A stretch of DNA of 64,000 bases from Macrostomum lignano (lineage: Eukaryota), in assembly GCA_002269645.1 (NCBI GenBank), contig NIVC01002216.1, positions 127,655 to 191,654 of the forward strand, read 5' to 3'. Positions 38,891-50,424 of the stretch are shown here, piece by piece (position 1 is the first letter of the stretch; each line of letters starts with the position of its first letter). The translations under genes and the position numbers were made by a program. Below the pieces are notes generated by a model. That model did no database searches. It saw only the letters and a program-made list of their open reading frames with translations, and was not told where the DNA came from.

Positions 38891-41800
38891 ATGGAACTGC
38901 TTCAAAGTCTCTGGCGATGGCGCCGTCTGCTGATTTTCGTGCTCACGCCGTTAGTTCTGTTGCCGCTGCCTTTGGTTCTGCAAAGTCCGGTGAGTTTACC
39001 TGCGTGTGTTAGACTGGCAGAATGAATCAGTAGGAACAAAACGAAAACAGATAAGCTCAATTCCTTTACCTGCAGGAGGCATACGTCGCCTACATGATTC
39101 TCCTGATGGCGGTGTACTGGGTAACGGAGGCTCTACCGATCGGAGTCACGGCCCTGATTCCTGTAGTGCTCGTTCCCGCCTTCAAAATCCTCCCATCGAA
39201 GGATCTGTGCCCAGCGTACTTTGAGGTGAGCGCCTCTGAACTTTCTCTCCTAGCAGCCTTTATTAGAACTCACCAATCCATAGCTAAATGTACTTCTAAA
39301 AGTGCCGTCGGCACTCCAATCGGTCTCCTGAAAGCAAGTAAGTAGCAAGCGGTCCATCGAAAGTTATCATCTTCAGTTTTAGCTCATATTCTTATTTTTC
39401 GCCCAGGACTCGAACATGCTGTTCATCGGTGGCCTGATGCTCGCTATCAGCGTTGAGTTCTGGGACTTGCACAAGCGCATCGCGCTGCTCGTCCTGCAGC
39501 TGGTGGGCGTGCAGCCCCGATGGCTATTGTTGGGCTTTCTCATGCCCACCTGGTTCATGTCGATGTGGATCTCCAACACGGCAACCTCGGCCATGATGCT
39601 GCCGATTGTGGACGCCGTTCTGCACGAACTGATGCGACATGACCAGATGCGCAAGCGGGTGGACCGACAGCGCCTGGAGCAGGCTCAGCAAGAGCAGCCA
39701 GTAGAACAGGAACCGGAGCAGGGAGAATCAGGACAAAAAGATCAGCATGAGATGATCGAGATGGCTGAGAACTCCGAGACAACTGAGGACAAAGTTGAAG
39801 GCAGCATGCCAGAGTCAGTGGGTGAGGTCGAAGCACCAGAGGCGTCAGCGGCAACTTCAGCAGCTGCCGAAACTAATTCTGCTGCAGCGACCTCAGAGGA
39901 TGCTGAGGAAACTGTCTTGTCCTACATCCAGAATCCTGAGAACCGAGCCTTCGCCAACATCTGCAAAATGCTCACCATCTCAGTTGCCTACGGCGCAAAC
40001 TTCGGCGGCACGGCCACGCTGACTGGCACCGCGCCGAATCTTGTACTTAACAACAACATAATCAGCAACTTTGGCAACCAGTCTCCGTTCAATTTTGGCA
40101 CGTGGTTCGCCTACGCTTTCCCTATATCGCTGGTTGGCGTTCTGATTGCCTGGATTTGGCTGCAGATACTCTATATTGGACCAAGGTATATTGGACCCCG
40201 AAGCTCTCCTTATTCCGCTCTCCTTATTATACAGTAGGGAATATCTGGTTCAGTTTCTTGCTACCCACCGAAAACCCGCAGGAATTCGTGTAAGTGTGGA
40301 GTCAAGGACAGCGAGGAAGTTGAAGCCGTGCAGCAGGCACTCAAACGGGAATATGAAAAGCTCGGTCCCATCACGTAAGTGTATGGCACCACTCAACGGA
40401 GTACTTATTAGTCGCATAGTTAACTTTATTTCCCACTCGCAAATTCCAACCACACCTTAATCACTTGTGCAGCTTCCCTGAGGTATCTTGCATTATTCTG
40501 TTCATCATCACGATCATACTGTGGATCACCCGTGAGCCTGGCGGCGTTGGCTGGGGCTACCTGTTCCAGGAGACACCCGTCACTTACGTTAACAGCAGCA
40601 ACGGCAATTTGACTTGGATTGAAGGTTCAACGAAATTCTTCATGGCTGACGCGCAACCAGCCATCCTTATGTCCATCCTGCTGTTTGTATTTCCTTCTAG
40701 TAATCCCTTCAAGCGGCGGCGGGCCACTGTTGATGTTGTAATCGAGGAGACAGTGACCGTGAATGATGACGGCACAGAGGAGGTGAAACGGGAGGTGCGA
40801 AACAACCTCGACAAAGAGAGGCCATCGACTTTGTTAACCTGGCGCGTTGTTCACGAGCGCCTGCCCTGGGGAATCGTGCTGCTTCTCGGCGGAGGCTTTG
40901 CACTCGCCAAAGCCACTCGGGTAGGTTCGCTTTGTCTGACCTCTCAAGACGTTCTTGTATACGTCCCAATGTACCCCCTGCCACATGTTTTACCCGGGAA
41001 AGCACACACATACAGACCATTTTTAGTATAGGGATTCACTGATGTCTCTCTGACAAGCAATACTTTTACACAGTTTGGAGAATATGCTCATAATGATGCA
41101 ATAATTTTGGACTGTCTAGTAGGCCCATCAATCGCCCATTCTCCGGAGAGGGCCTGTTGTATGCCCGAATCGACCACCACTTGATTGCGGCTCAGTAGCT
41201 AATCTGGCTGCTCTGCTAAAAAATCCAGTCCCTCCTTTGGGAATTGGCCTGAGGACTGAGAAAAAATCGAGATAAAAATTCATAACTTTGAATTCCAGGA
41301 GTCCGGGCTTTCTGCCCTGATTGGTCAGCAGCTGAAGCCGTTGGGGTCTTTGCCACTACCGCTGCTCATTGTGATTGTCGTGTACTGCACCACCTTTATC
41401 ACGGAGATCACGTCTAACACTGCCACCGCTTCAATTCTGCTGCCTATACTTGTAGACCTGGTTAGTTTAGACTACTCTTGTTTGTAATTACTACTTCCTG
41501 CAGTCTGTATTTATTATCATTTACTAAATCAGAGCCTAGGATTTCGGTTAGGTTCTCAGTAGCATCTAGAATTGAATGTGCTACATTTTGTAAGGAAGAA
41601 ATATTTTACCTCAGCCTGACACTTGATTGAATGCGTGCTTGCATGCCTGAGTGATTGAACGCAGTGAAACAGGCATAGTGGAGCAGAAGGCCCACAGTTT
41701 GGCAGCATAAATCACACAGTGGGGTTAGCGGTTTGTTAAGTACAGTCGAGCTAAGACTAACAATCTTACACGGCACCCTGCATGGTCAGAGCCGAACGAT

Positions 41801-42214
41801 CGGAATCAATCCTTTGAGCCTCATGCTGCCCTGCACTTTGGCCGCCTCGTTCGCCTTCAATCTACCTGTCGCAACGCCGCCCAATTCCATCGTCTTCTCC
41901 AAGGGCTACCTCAGTGTTACGGACATGGTGAGAATCCCATTCAGCTCTGTTGCAGATTTTCAATCGAAAGTTTTGTCAAAACTAAAAACTTCCACACACA
42001 GCTTAAGAGCGGCTTTATGCTGACAATCACCTCGGGCCTTGTACTGGTTGCCGGCACTCTGAGCTACGGGGCCGTCATATTCGACTTTTACAACTTTCCC
42101 TCCTGGGCCAACGCCTCGTCGAATGCCGCGGCCGCGACCTCAGCCGGGTTTTCAGCTGGCGGCGCCATTCGGCCCGCCTCGGTGCCGCGACTAATGTACG
42201 TCGGGAACGAGTAA
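38891..42214 (+). CDS. Indy: SLC13/INDY-family Na+-coupled di/tricarboxylate transporter, 8 exons (38891-38989, 39076-39225, 39407-40185, 40282-40374, 40473-40920, 41299-41460, 41790-41927, 42002-42214), 693 aa
   Basis: YWVTEALPIGVTALIP, MWISNTATSAMMLPI, GGTATLTGTAPN, EITSNTATASILLP, FAFNLPVATPPNS. All junctions are GT-AG and in phase. Confidence 0.95.
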
Positions 42215-44604
42215 ACGTCGGCAGAGACAGTAGAAAGCACTGACGCGCATTGGGCGCCAATGTGATTACTTTTGATCGTTTTACAACCAATAGATATAGC
42301 TAACGTACAGTTGGCCTCAAAGTGAATAAAAATGTGTAACTACTTAATTGGACTCACAATCTGACCTACATTTGAGATACTTGTATACTTCCGATTCTTA
42401 CATGCGCCAAATAGACTTCTTCGTTAATCTGCAGTTCATTTCTTTCTGCAGTCTGTCACCACAATGTCTGTTTAATGTCTTTTTTATTTACATTTCCTGT
42501 CTCTGAAGAGGTTTACGAAATGTCGCTTCATTGAGAGTAGCAATCGCTTGGGAGGAAGGCGTCAAAATTCAGGTATTTTATACTCTAAAGCCGACATTTC
42601 ATGGAAATCTACAGCAGAAGAGTCTTTGAATCAGTCCTGTAGACCCGGGGTCGTTGGGTTCTCCAATGGTGATTGGTAAAGGACTGAGTGGATCAGGGGC
42701 CCTTCAACAAAGCACGATTTCCTTTTACACAAAGTTTTATGGCTTCTTCTAGGAGACTATTAATCTGTTTTTATAGACCTACCCTCAGTCAGAAATCATA
42801 GTACTTTACACTAATAGAAGAGTCTACGTAATTTTTGGATTTTGATGAGCAATGGTGCGTTAAAAATTGAAAACAAGGTTAAGCATTAACAAAAAATTGA
42901 ATGGTTTCGACACTTCCGCTTTAACCAACCACATTAAGTCTATATTATTGGCAGACATGGCAAGAAAGTTTAGCATCTATAATCATCAATGTTTTAGATA
43001 CATCATGGTGGTGTCGTCTCCCACCAATTAGCTGCTCTTCAATTGATATGACCCTCTCAATTCTACTGTTCTAATTTACATGTACAGGTAGTTATTTACA
43101 TTGAAAGAGTAGCACTCAGTTTATTGTAGCGGAATTCATTGTGTGCACCAATGGTTACTTATATCAGTTTTTTATTTCAAGGATTTCCTGTTCATACTGT
43201 GTCAAGAGATTGCCTCTGATCCCTGTAGTCACTGAATTAAGCAGGCGGTGTCTACAGGCCTAAGAGCTGAAAAGATTCAGTGTCAGATTGAAATTCCCTG
43301 ATTAAATAGCGGTCCAAAAGTCGGCAACCAAAAGAGGATCCCGGATAAGGGGACAAATCTTGTTCACTGGAACTATATGTTTGCCTACCTGTCTATGCGA
43401 CTGCGAACAACTGAGTGCGAGACGATTCGCCTCTTTCAAATTTGAATGAGCGAGACGACCCGCGACATTGCGAGTTGTCCATACTCTACTACTTTTAAAA
43501 GTAGAAAGATGTGAACAATCTTAACAGAAGCAACACCAGATCGCATTTCTCTGCTTTTTGTTTAGCTAAAATATTCTCAGACTCAATGCGTTTCGTGCCA
43601 GCCAACTCAAGTAAGGCTTGACCTTCGCCACCTTGTCCGGCAATGGGGTCAGAAATTCATTCGATTTTCTCCGTGTGCTTCGGAGGAAAACTTCGCACAT
43701 TTGATTAAATTTCAGGAGAGCGAAGCAGTGAAGCGCCGGAGCAATACTCTGCTGCCACATGGTACTATGCAGTTCGCCTGTCATTTTTCAGCTGATTACG
43801 ATTAGCTATATAAAAGACCCACGGCAAGACGCAACAGGTTGCATGCAGCAAGAGAGGTCACATAAAAGGGCGCCCCAACTGACGACTTGTCAGTCAAAAC
43901 TAGTTCGGGGGTATCGTGAGACGAGTTTGTCTGTTTGTTTTTGGTCATGCTACAGAATATAATCAGACTTAAGGCATTCGTACTCACGCAGACTCAGAGC
44001 TCGATCTTTACTCCACTCTTACTGCCTTCTCGCTTATTCTCTGCTTTAACATTTCTTTCAGTTCAACCATCGACCCCTAAGGCCATTCTCTCACTCTGCC
44101 TGGGACTCCGTGCCCTCCCTCTGCTCTGAAAAGAGTCCCTCAGAGTGTGCAGCAGCCACAGCTGCTCAGCGCCTACGCACTTCCTTCTCCGCGCGTGCCC
44201 AGTGTTCTCGGCAAAAAAGATTAGAATTCTGCTACAACCCACAATCCGCCGAATTCACGTTGCCCTCCTAAATTTGCTTTTATTTTTATTTCTCATCTCA
44301 CTTTCGCAAGGGTAGGTCGACTTCAGGTCTGTCTGCTTTTTAGGCCTCTCGCTCCGCTTATTATGCTTGATCCACTTCTCGATTACATTTCGCTTCTCTT
44401 AATTCTTCTCCATTAGAAGACGGCAGAGGTGTAACTTACGGTCTGCATTTTCGGAACAGTCAAAATCGTTGGTTCAGTCAGGTAAAATTTTATCATATCA
44501 GAGAGCTTTTTCATCAGAGAACTAAAATGTCCGGACGGAACGGAAGCCACTGCCACCATGAGCTTATTCTAGAATAAGCCAGCCGACTGCAGCGAACGGA
44601 AGCC

Positions 44605-47600
44605 ATGGTGGTGCCACTGTACGCAGCCCTGCTATCGAACTGGCTGTTTGCGCTAGCAGCTGGGGAAATATCTGGCAATTTTCAGCCACCGATGCCCTCT
44701 GCTCCGACTTCTGTGTACTTCCGCGACCTTGGCAGTCTGCTCAATGACCACGTGCCGCAGGTGTCTGAACCCGTCCCGGCTTGGCGTGTTGACAGAGACA
44801 CCCACCTAGCTCTGCCATTAGACCAACTGGCAGTTGGCCTGGCCCTGCCCCGAAAGCTGACCTTAGCCGTTGTGTTCCGTCCGCAAAAGGCCAACGGCAC
44901 CCTACTGGCGGTGCGAACGACAGGTGGGAAAATTCAGTTTGGATTGAGCTACTCTGTAGAGTCGCGAATGACGAAGCTTCGCCGATTAGAGATGCATCTC
45001 TGGTACTCCGGCACCAACGACACAGCAATGGTGCAGCGCCCAGTGGCGGTACTTACTGATGTGCAGTCAGAATTTCGACTGGGAATTTCATTGATTGCTT
45101 TTTATGTCTATCTGGACGGTGGCAGGCTTAGCTACGAGTTCTGGTGTCCCGGGTGAGGACCATTTGCTTTTATATTATCGAAACTGTTACTCAAGTAATG
45201 TACATGTAGGAGTATATTTTTTCGACTAATTCAGAGAATACTTCTGGTCGCACAGCCCGGAGTACAGCCAGCCACTGCCGAATCAGTACAGTGACACGCA
45301 GCAACAGATTCGATTTGCGGCCGGCTCCAGTCTGTATCTGCTCTCTGACGGAGTGGAGAATTATTTCCATGTGAGCAAATGAGAATTGATGACTATGTTG
45401 GTATTGAAAAGAGGGAGAGGCTGTCGTGATTTTTAAAGGAATATCGTCAACTAAGGAAGTAAGGAAGTTAAGAGGGAGTAAAGCTCTAGGCAAAACCAAA
45501 AGTTAATAAGTAAATTCAAAGAAGTCGAAAAATTCAAAGAAGATGGATGCGTCGACGTTTTTAGTCGACGTGTCCTAAAAGTTATCGATTGCAGTCGCTT
45601 TGGTCTGAAGCTTTGCTTTGGGATCCATTACGACGCGTAATTTGGCAGCCCTTAGTCATACTTAATTCCTGACTACTTAAGGATAGAACGAGAATAGGCC
45701 AAAAGGCCCCTATGGAAAACTCAAGCCTTAGCTGTACTCTTACCTACACAAGCTTCGCGAGGGTTCATGACGGTAAAGTCTCTGGCCGCTGTGACGGACA
45801 AAAAGACGCGCAGTTTTGGAGTTCACAGCTCGTTCAAAATTAGCAGGGACAGAAGTGCGAGCAAAAGCTTCATTGATGGGCAGCCTTTTCCTCATCAAAG
45901 CCATCAAAGGGGGACAAATAATGGGAAGTGGTCTTTAAAAAATGTTCTTTCGACAGCCATGCCCATTTGAGGTCAAGTTCGGTTAATGAAAATAAGCACT
46001 GAGTCATTAGCACTGAAGTAACTTTCCGATTATTAGCAGGTATCGCAAATGCCGATACTTCGGTGTAGCTGGCGTTGGTGACTTATTAGTTTGTTTACGG
46101 CTCAATTGATCGGGACTATTTTTTTCTTAGAAGAAGCTAAAATAAGATGTGGGAACAAATTAGATCTGTGAAAGCACGTCATTCGATTCAATACTTACAG
46201 CGGTTAATTATCGAATCCCCTCCAGGGTGACATCATACGCTTCCTTTTGGCGAGCCCTCTGCCAGACCACGCCAAGCGGCAGCGGCTCAAGTGCCAACCT
46301 GGACTGAACAGCTCGCTGATCTTGGCTGACCGTTCTATCGCTCGATATCCACCGTCGCCGCCGTTCCTGCCTCCCGATCCCGAATTTTCTTCCCCTTCTC
46401 TATCGTCATCTGGCGATGTTGAACCACCAACCGACTGGCTGCCGAGAGAAAAAATTGGCGAGGACAGGCGAACGGGCGATTTTCTGGCTGCGACGACCAC
46501 AGCCACGGCGCCTTCTCTGCCGAGTTACTTAAAAGGCGAAAAGGTTGGCTCGATTTACTTCTTGTGGTCGTTCTGCTATGGAGTTAAATTGTAATAATCT
46601 ATACATACAGTTTAGATAATCTGCATATGTTCATGTATTCACGGGATATTCATGTAAAGGGTAGATGATGCTTGGTAGAGCGATTTTTTTCTCAAACGAA
46701 TCAGTGCAGGAAACTATCCGATGTTTATAAAGCTGTGTATCTGCACTGGTTGTCTACAATTACGTACGCTCGTAATTACTTAATTTAATTGAAAAGCCTA
46801 TAGTTTGTCTCAGCATTCGCAATCGCATTCGTTAGGGAGATCCTGGCGTACCCGGCAGTCCCGGCGTCTGCACCGAAAGATGCCCGGGCGGCAGAGAAAG
46901 CGGCCTCGATATTGTGCAGCCAACTGCTTGGTTGCCGGGTGCCAAGGGCGAGCCTGGACCGCCGGGTCCCAAAGGCGACACTGGGCCGACTGGACCCAGG
47001 GGAGCTACAGGGCCGGCCGGTCGGAAAGGAGATTTGGGCCCCGTTGGGCCCCAAGGCAAGATGGGACCAGTGGGACCTGCAGGAGAATCTGGCAGTCCAG
47101 GCGCTAAGGGAGACACGGGACGTCAAGGCAAGCCTGGCCGAGTTGGCCCCTCCGGCATTCCTGGGCGCAAAGGGGATCGAGGTCCTTTGGGTCCAAAAGG
47201 CCAGACCGGAGACCCCGGGCCCCGGGGTGAGCCCGGACTGAAGGGTGAGCCCGGCCCGCCGGGACCGGCCGTCAAGGCCTCTCAAATGCGCGGCTCAGCA
47301 GCCGTCAAGGGCGAGAAAGGCGACCGAGGTGCTCCAGGCACCGATGGAGTGATGGGTCCTCCGGGACAGCCGGGACAGCCCGGACTATCAGGTCCGCCAG
47401 GTCCTGCTGGCCCTGCTGGACGTCCAGCAACCAAAGGAGCAAAAGGCGAGCCAGGTGCTTCCTGCGCGTGTCCGGAGGCAGGTAGATTGCCGCTGCAGCC
47501 GCCGCCACTCCAGGCTACTCGGCCACCGCAGTTTTCCAGATTCGATGGCGTGGTGAGTTAACTTTTATATCATCTTATGACTATGTGACGAGAATTTTCT

Positions 47601-49221
47601 CAGGTGATACAGAGTCCGACATCTATATCACAATTTTAAGCGCGTCGTTACTAGTCACGAAGTGCTAGCTGAAATCGGGTACACCTTAACCGAGGGTGCG
47701 ATGGTGTACACAAAAGATAGAAATCTTCTCTACCTGAAAACTGACTTCATGCGGAACTCCTGGACGGAGATTGTAAGCGGCGGTAGGCAAGTCGAGATGG
47801 CATTCCCGGTGAGTTATTTCAGCATTGATGTAGATGTAAAACAATAAAAAGCCTTAATTCTTCCAACTGTTAATCTTGAAATTCTTAGACCTCAACCACA
47901 ACAGCCCCACCAAAACCACCGGAACCGCCGAAATTTCGACCGCACGCAGTCGCCGGACCGAAGGTTTGTACTGAGCTGGCGTCATTCATGCAACGCAAGT
48001 TTGCGACATAAGCATCTCTACACCAAGGAACCACAAAATCTTGCCCCACAGCTTCGACTAGTGGCTTTGCCTTTCAAGATGTACGGTGACCTAAAGTACA
48101 AGGGTGCGTACAGCAACCTGGCTGCCGACTACGCCTGCCAGCAGGCGGCAAAAGCATCTGGACTCGGCGGTGTGAGGGTGCACTTTAAAGCCTTCCTCAG
48201 CGGGTTGTACAGCAGCTTGGAAACCCTGGTGCAGGCGGATCAGAGGAGTTCTGTACCCGTAGTGAATTTCTATGTAAGAACTGAATCGAGAACTCTCTCA
48301 GCAATGACTTATTAACTGAATACAGAGCAAGAGTTATATTAAGCTTATTTCGTCTTTTTCCCACAGAACCAAAGGCTGTTCGACAGCTACACTGACATGC
48401 TGAATCGCGGCATGTGGAACCGAGAAGTTCAACTGCAAGACTTTAATGGCAGGAATCTGTCGCAATGGGCTGAGCATCGGGGAGTGTGAGTGTTCAAAAG
48501 TTTTCTAGAATCAGGGTTCTCTCTTAGATTCCAGAAAGTAGTTAGTTAAGCTTGCAGGGTAGCCGTGGGTGCTGTTGGAAAGTTAAACAACATTCGAAAA
48601 TTTTTACGGACCTTCCGATGTACACGGTGCTTTTGTTGCAAAAAACGATCGCGAACTCGCATCTGGGATCTCTGGTACTCTCGACCCTAAAGAATGATAT
48701 TACATGTAACAGTCATCTCATTGATAGCATGGACTTCTAATTGTGGTCCAAAAGGGAGATTCAAACTTGCACCAGGCCAGTCACCAGTTTCTGAGTCTTT
48801 GCTCTTCATCAGCTGATCTTAATATAACATTCGTTTGAAGTGCGAACTCTCGTACAAGCTAAGAGAGTCGCTTAACATTCTTTTCTTGCTACTAATTAGT
48901 AGGCAATCATTTATAATTAAACTAAAGCACAAACTCGCCGAGTATAACTCGCCGAACTAACAGATGAGAATAAATTACTAAACGTGACGTCATCAGGCCT
49001 TTATTTTTTTACACCGCAGCTCTGAGATCCTGACTTGGCGAGGCCTCAGGCATCGTGATCGCGGCTCGCCAGACTGCGACGGATTCTTCAGTCGCAGCCT
49101 GATGAAGCGCGGCCTGGCATCCGATCTGAGCTCCGGCTGGTTGCTGCAGACCGACAGGCAGATCGCTTGCGACACGCGCCTCGTGGTGCTCTGCATCGAG
49201 GCCCGGAGCTCGGTGCCCTGA
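44605..49221 (+). CDS. Multiplexin (collagen XV/XVIII-like): TSPN/LamG-like, Gly-X-Y, trimerization and endostatin domains; 9 exons (44605-45152, 45235-45370, 46226-46543, 46836-47552, 47641-47772, 47889-47963, 48052-48273, 48367-48485, 49020-49221), ~822 aa
   Basis: Signal peptide, Gly-X-Y runs, trimerization-like GVRVVTSHEVL...TEGAMVY...LLYLK, endostatin LRLVAL...ADYACQQAA...FKAFLS...VPVVN...DCDGF...ACDTRLVVLCIE. Phases are consistent; one AAG acceptor is assumed at 47640. Confidence 0.9.
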
Positions 49222-50199
49222 CGGTGGACTCATCGCATAGTTCGATTGTTGTCCGACGCAGAAGCCAAGCATCATTCTACTAATAAATCAAATTTTCCGC
49301 TTGCTGGACAACAACACGATAAGCATATCGTAGTTCTTACGCTTCCAAACAGACGCATAGTCCTTAGTCGTGCTTATTAAACACATGCTAGGCTCAATTC
49401 GCGAAATACCTCAGCGCAACTGTTTTTTTGCCAAGCCAGTATTGCTCGCGTTTATTGCTGGGGCCGGATGAAGCTAGGTGATTTTTTTATTACACCTGCC
49501 CCAATTGGGTCAGATGTGCAACCGACAGCTCAGCCGCAGCAATGCAGAGTTAAGTTTCTTGCTCAAAGGACACAAATTGTTCCACTCGGATCGGGAAGTC
49601 ATGTCGCTTTAAAAAGCTTGCAATTTACTGCAATCATCCAGTTAAATATACTTTGTAGTTCACTAGCCTCCATTTTTTCGCTTTTACGAGTATTTTTTGC
49701 TTGTAATTGCACTTTATCTGTCTATCTGTCCACTCGTCTGCCTGTCTATGTTTTTGTCTGTCTGTCTGTCTGTCTTTCTGTCTGTCTGTTGCGCACTCTA
49801 CTTCTCTCTCTCTCTCTTCATCACCCAGTCTACAATTCACCCCGTCTTTAGCTTATCGCACCACCTTATTCTAAGCCTTCAACTCGGCAGTTATTCAATG
49901 CACCCGCCCTTCTTAATGTCTGCACTGAGATGAAAACTAACTAAAATACAATTATCGCGTGTTGCTGTGGCTTTAGCATTAACAATATCATCGCAACCGA
50001 TGTCGGATGCTGTATCTTCCCCAGTCTCGCCAATGCCTCTCGTAAGTATGCAGCAGCCAGCTTAAATTTGGTTAAAAACATGAAGAAAAGAGTCTGGCGG
50101 CTCGCTAATCCATCATGGAATCTGTATATTTTACACTGTATGATGACAGTAGAATGTCTTCTAGAACAGTTGAGTCCCGAGTGTCACTCCGGTCGCCGG

Positions 50200-50424
50200 T
50201 CACTTCTCCTTGTCGAAGCCGTACTTCTCCAGCGCCTGTCCGAGCGTGTGCGTCGAGTCGATGGCCGCGTCGATGCGCGTGTAGCCGGCCAGGCGGCTCT
50301 GCGGCGTCGCAGGCGGGATCGGCGACTCCACGGTCGGAGCTGCCGAGTCCGCCGTCTGTGGAGCATCTGCAGCTGCATCCGCTTTCTTTCCGGTCGACTT
50401 TTTGCCCGACTTTGCTTTCGGCAT
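50200..50424 (-). CDS. Small 74-aa ORF of unknown function (Lys-rich N-terminus)
   Basis: GCCAACATG start context and GC3-rich codons like the neighbouring genes. No family recognised. Confidence 0.45.
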   Translation of the reverse strand: MPKAKSGKKSTGKKADAAADAPQTADSAAPTVESPIPPATPQSRLAGYTRIDAAIDSTHTLGQALEKYGFDKEK

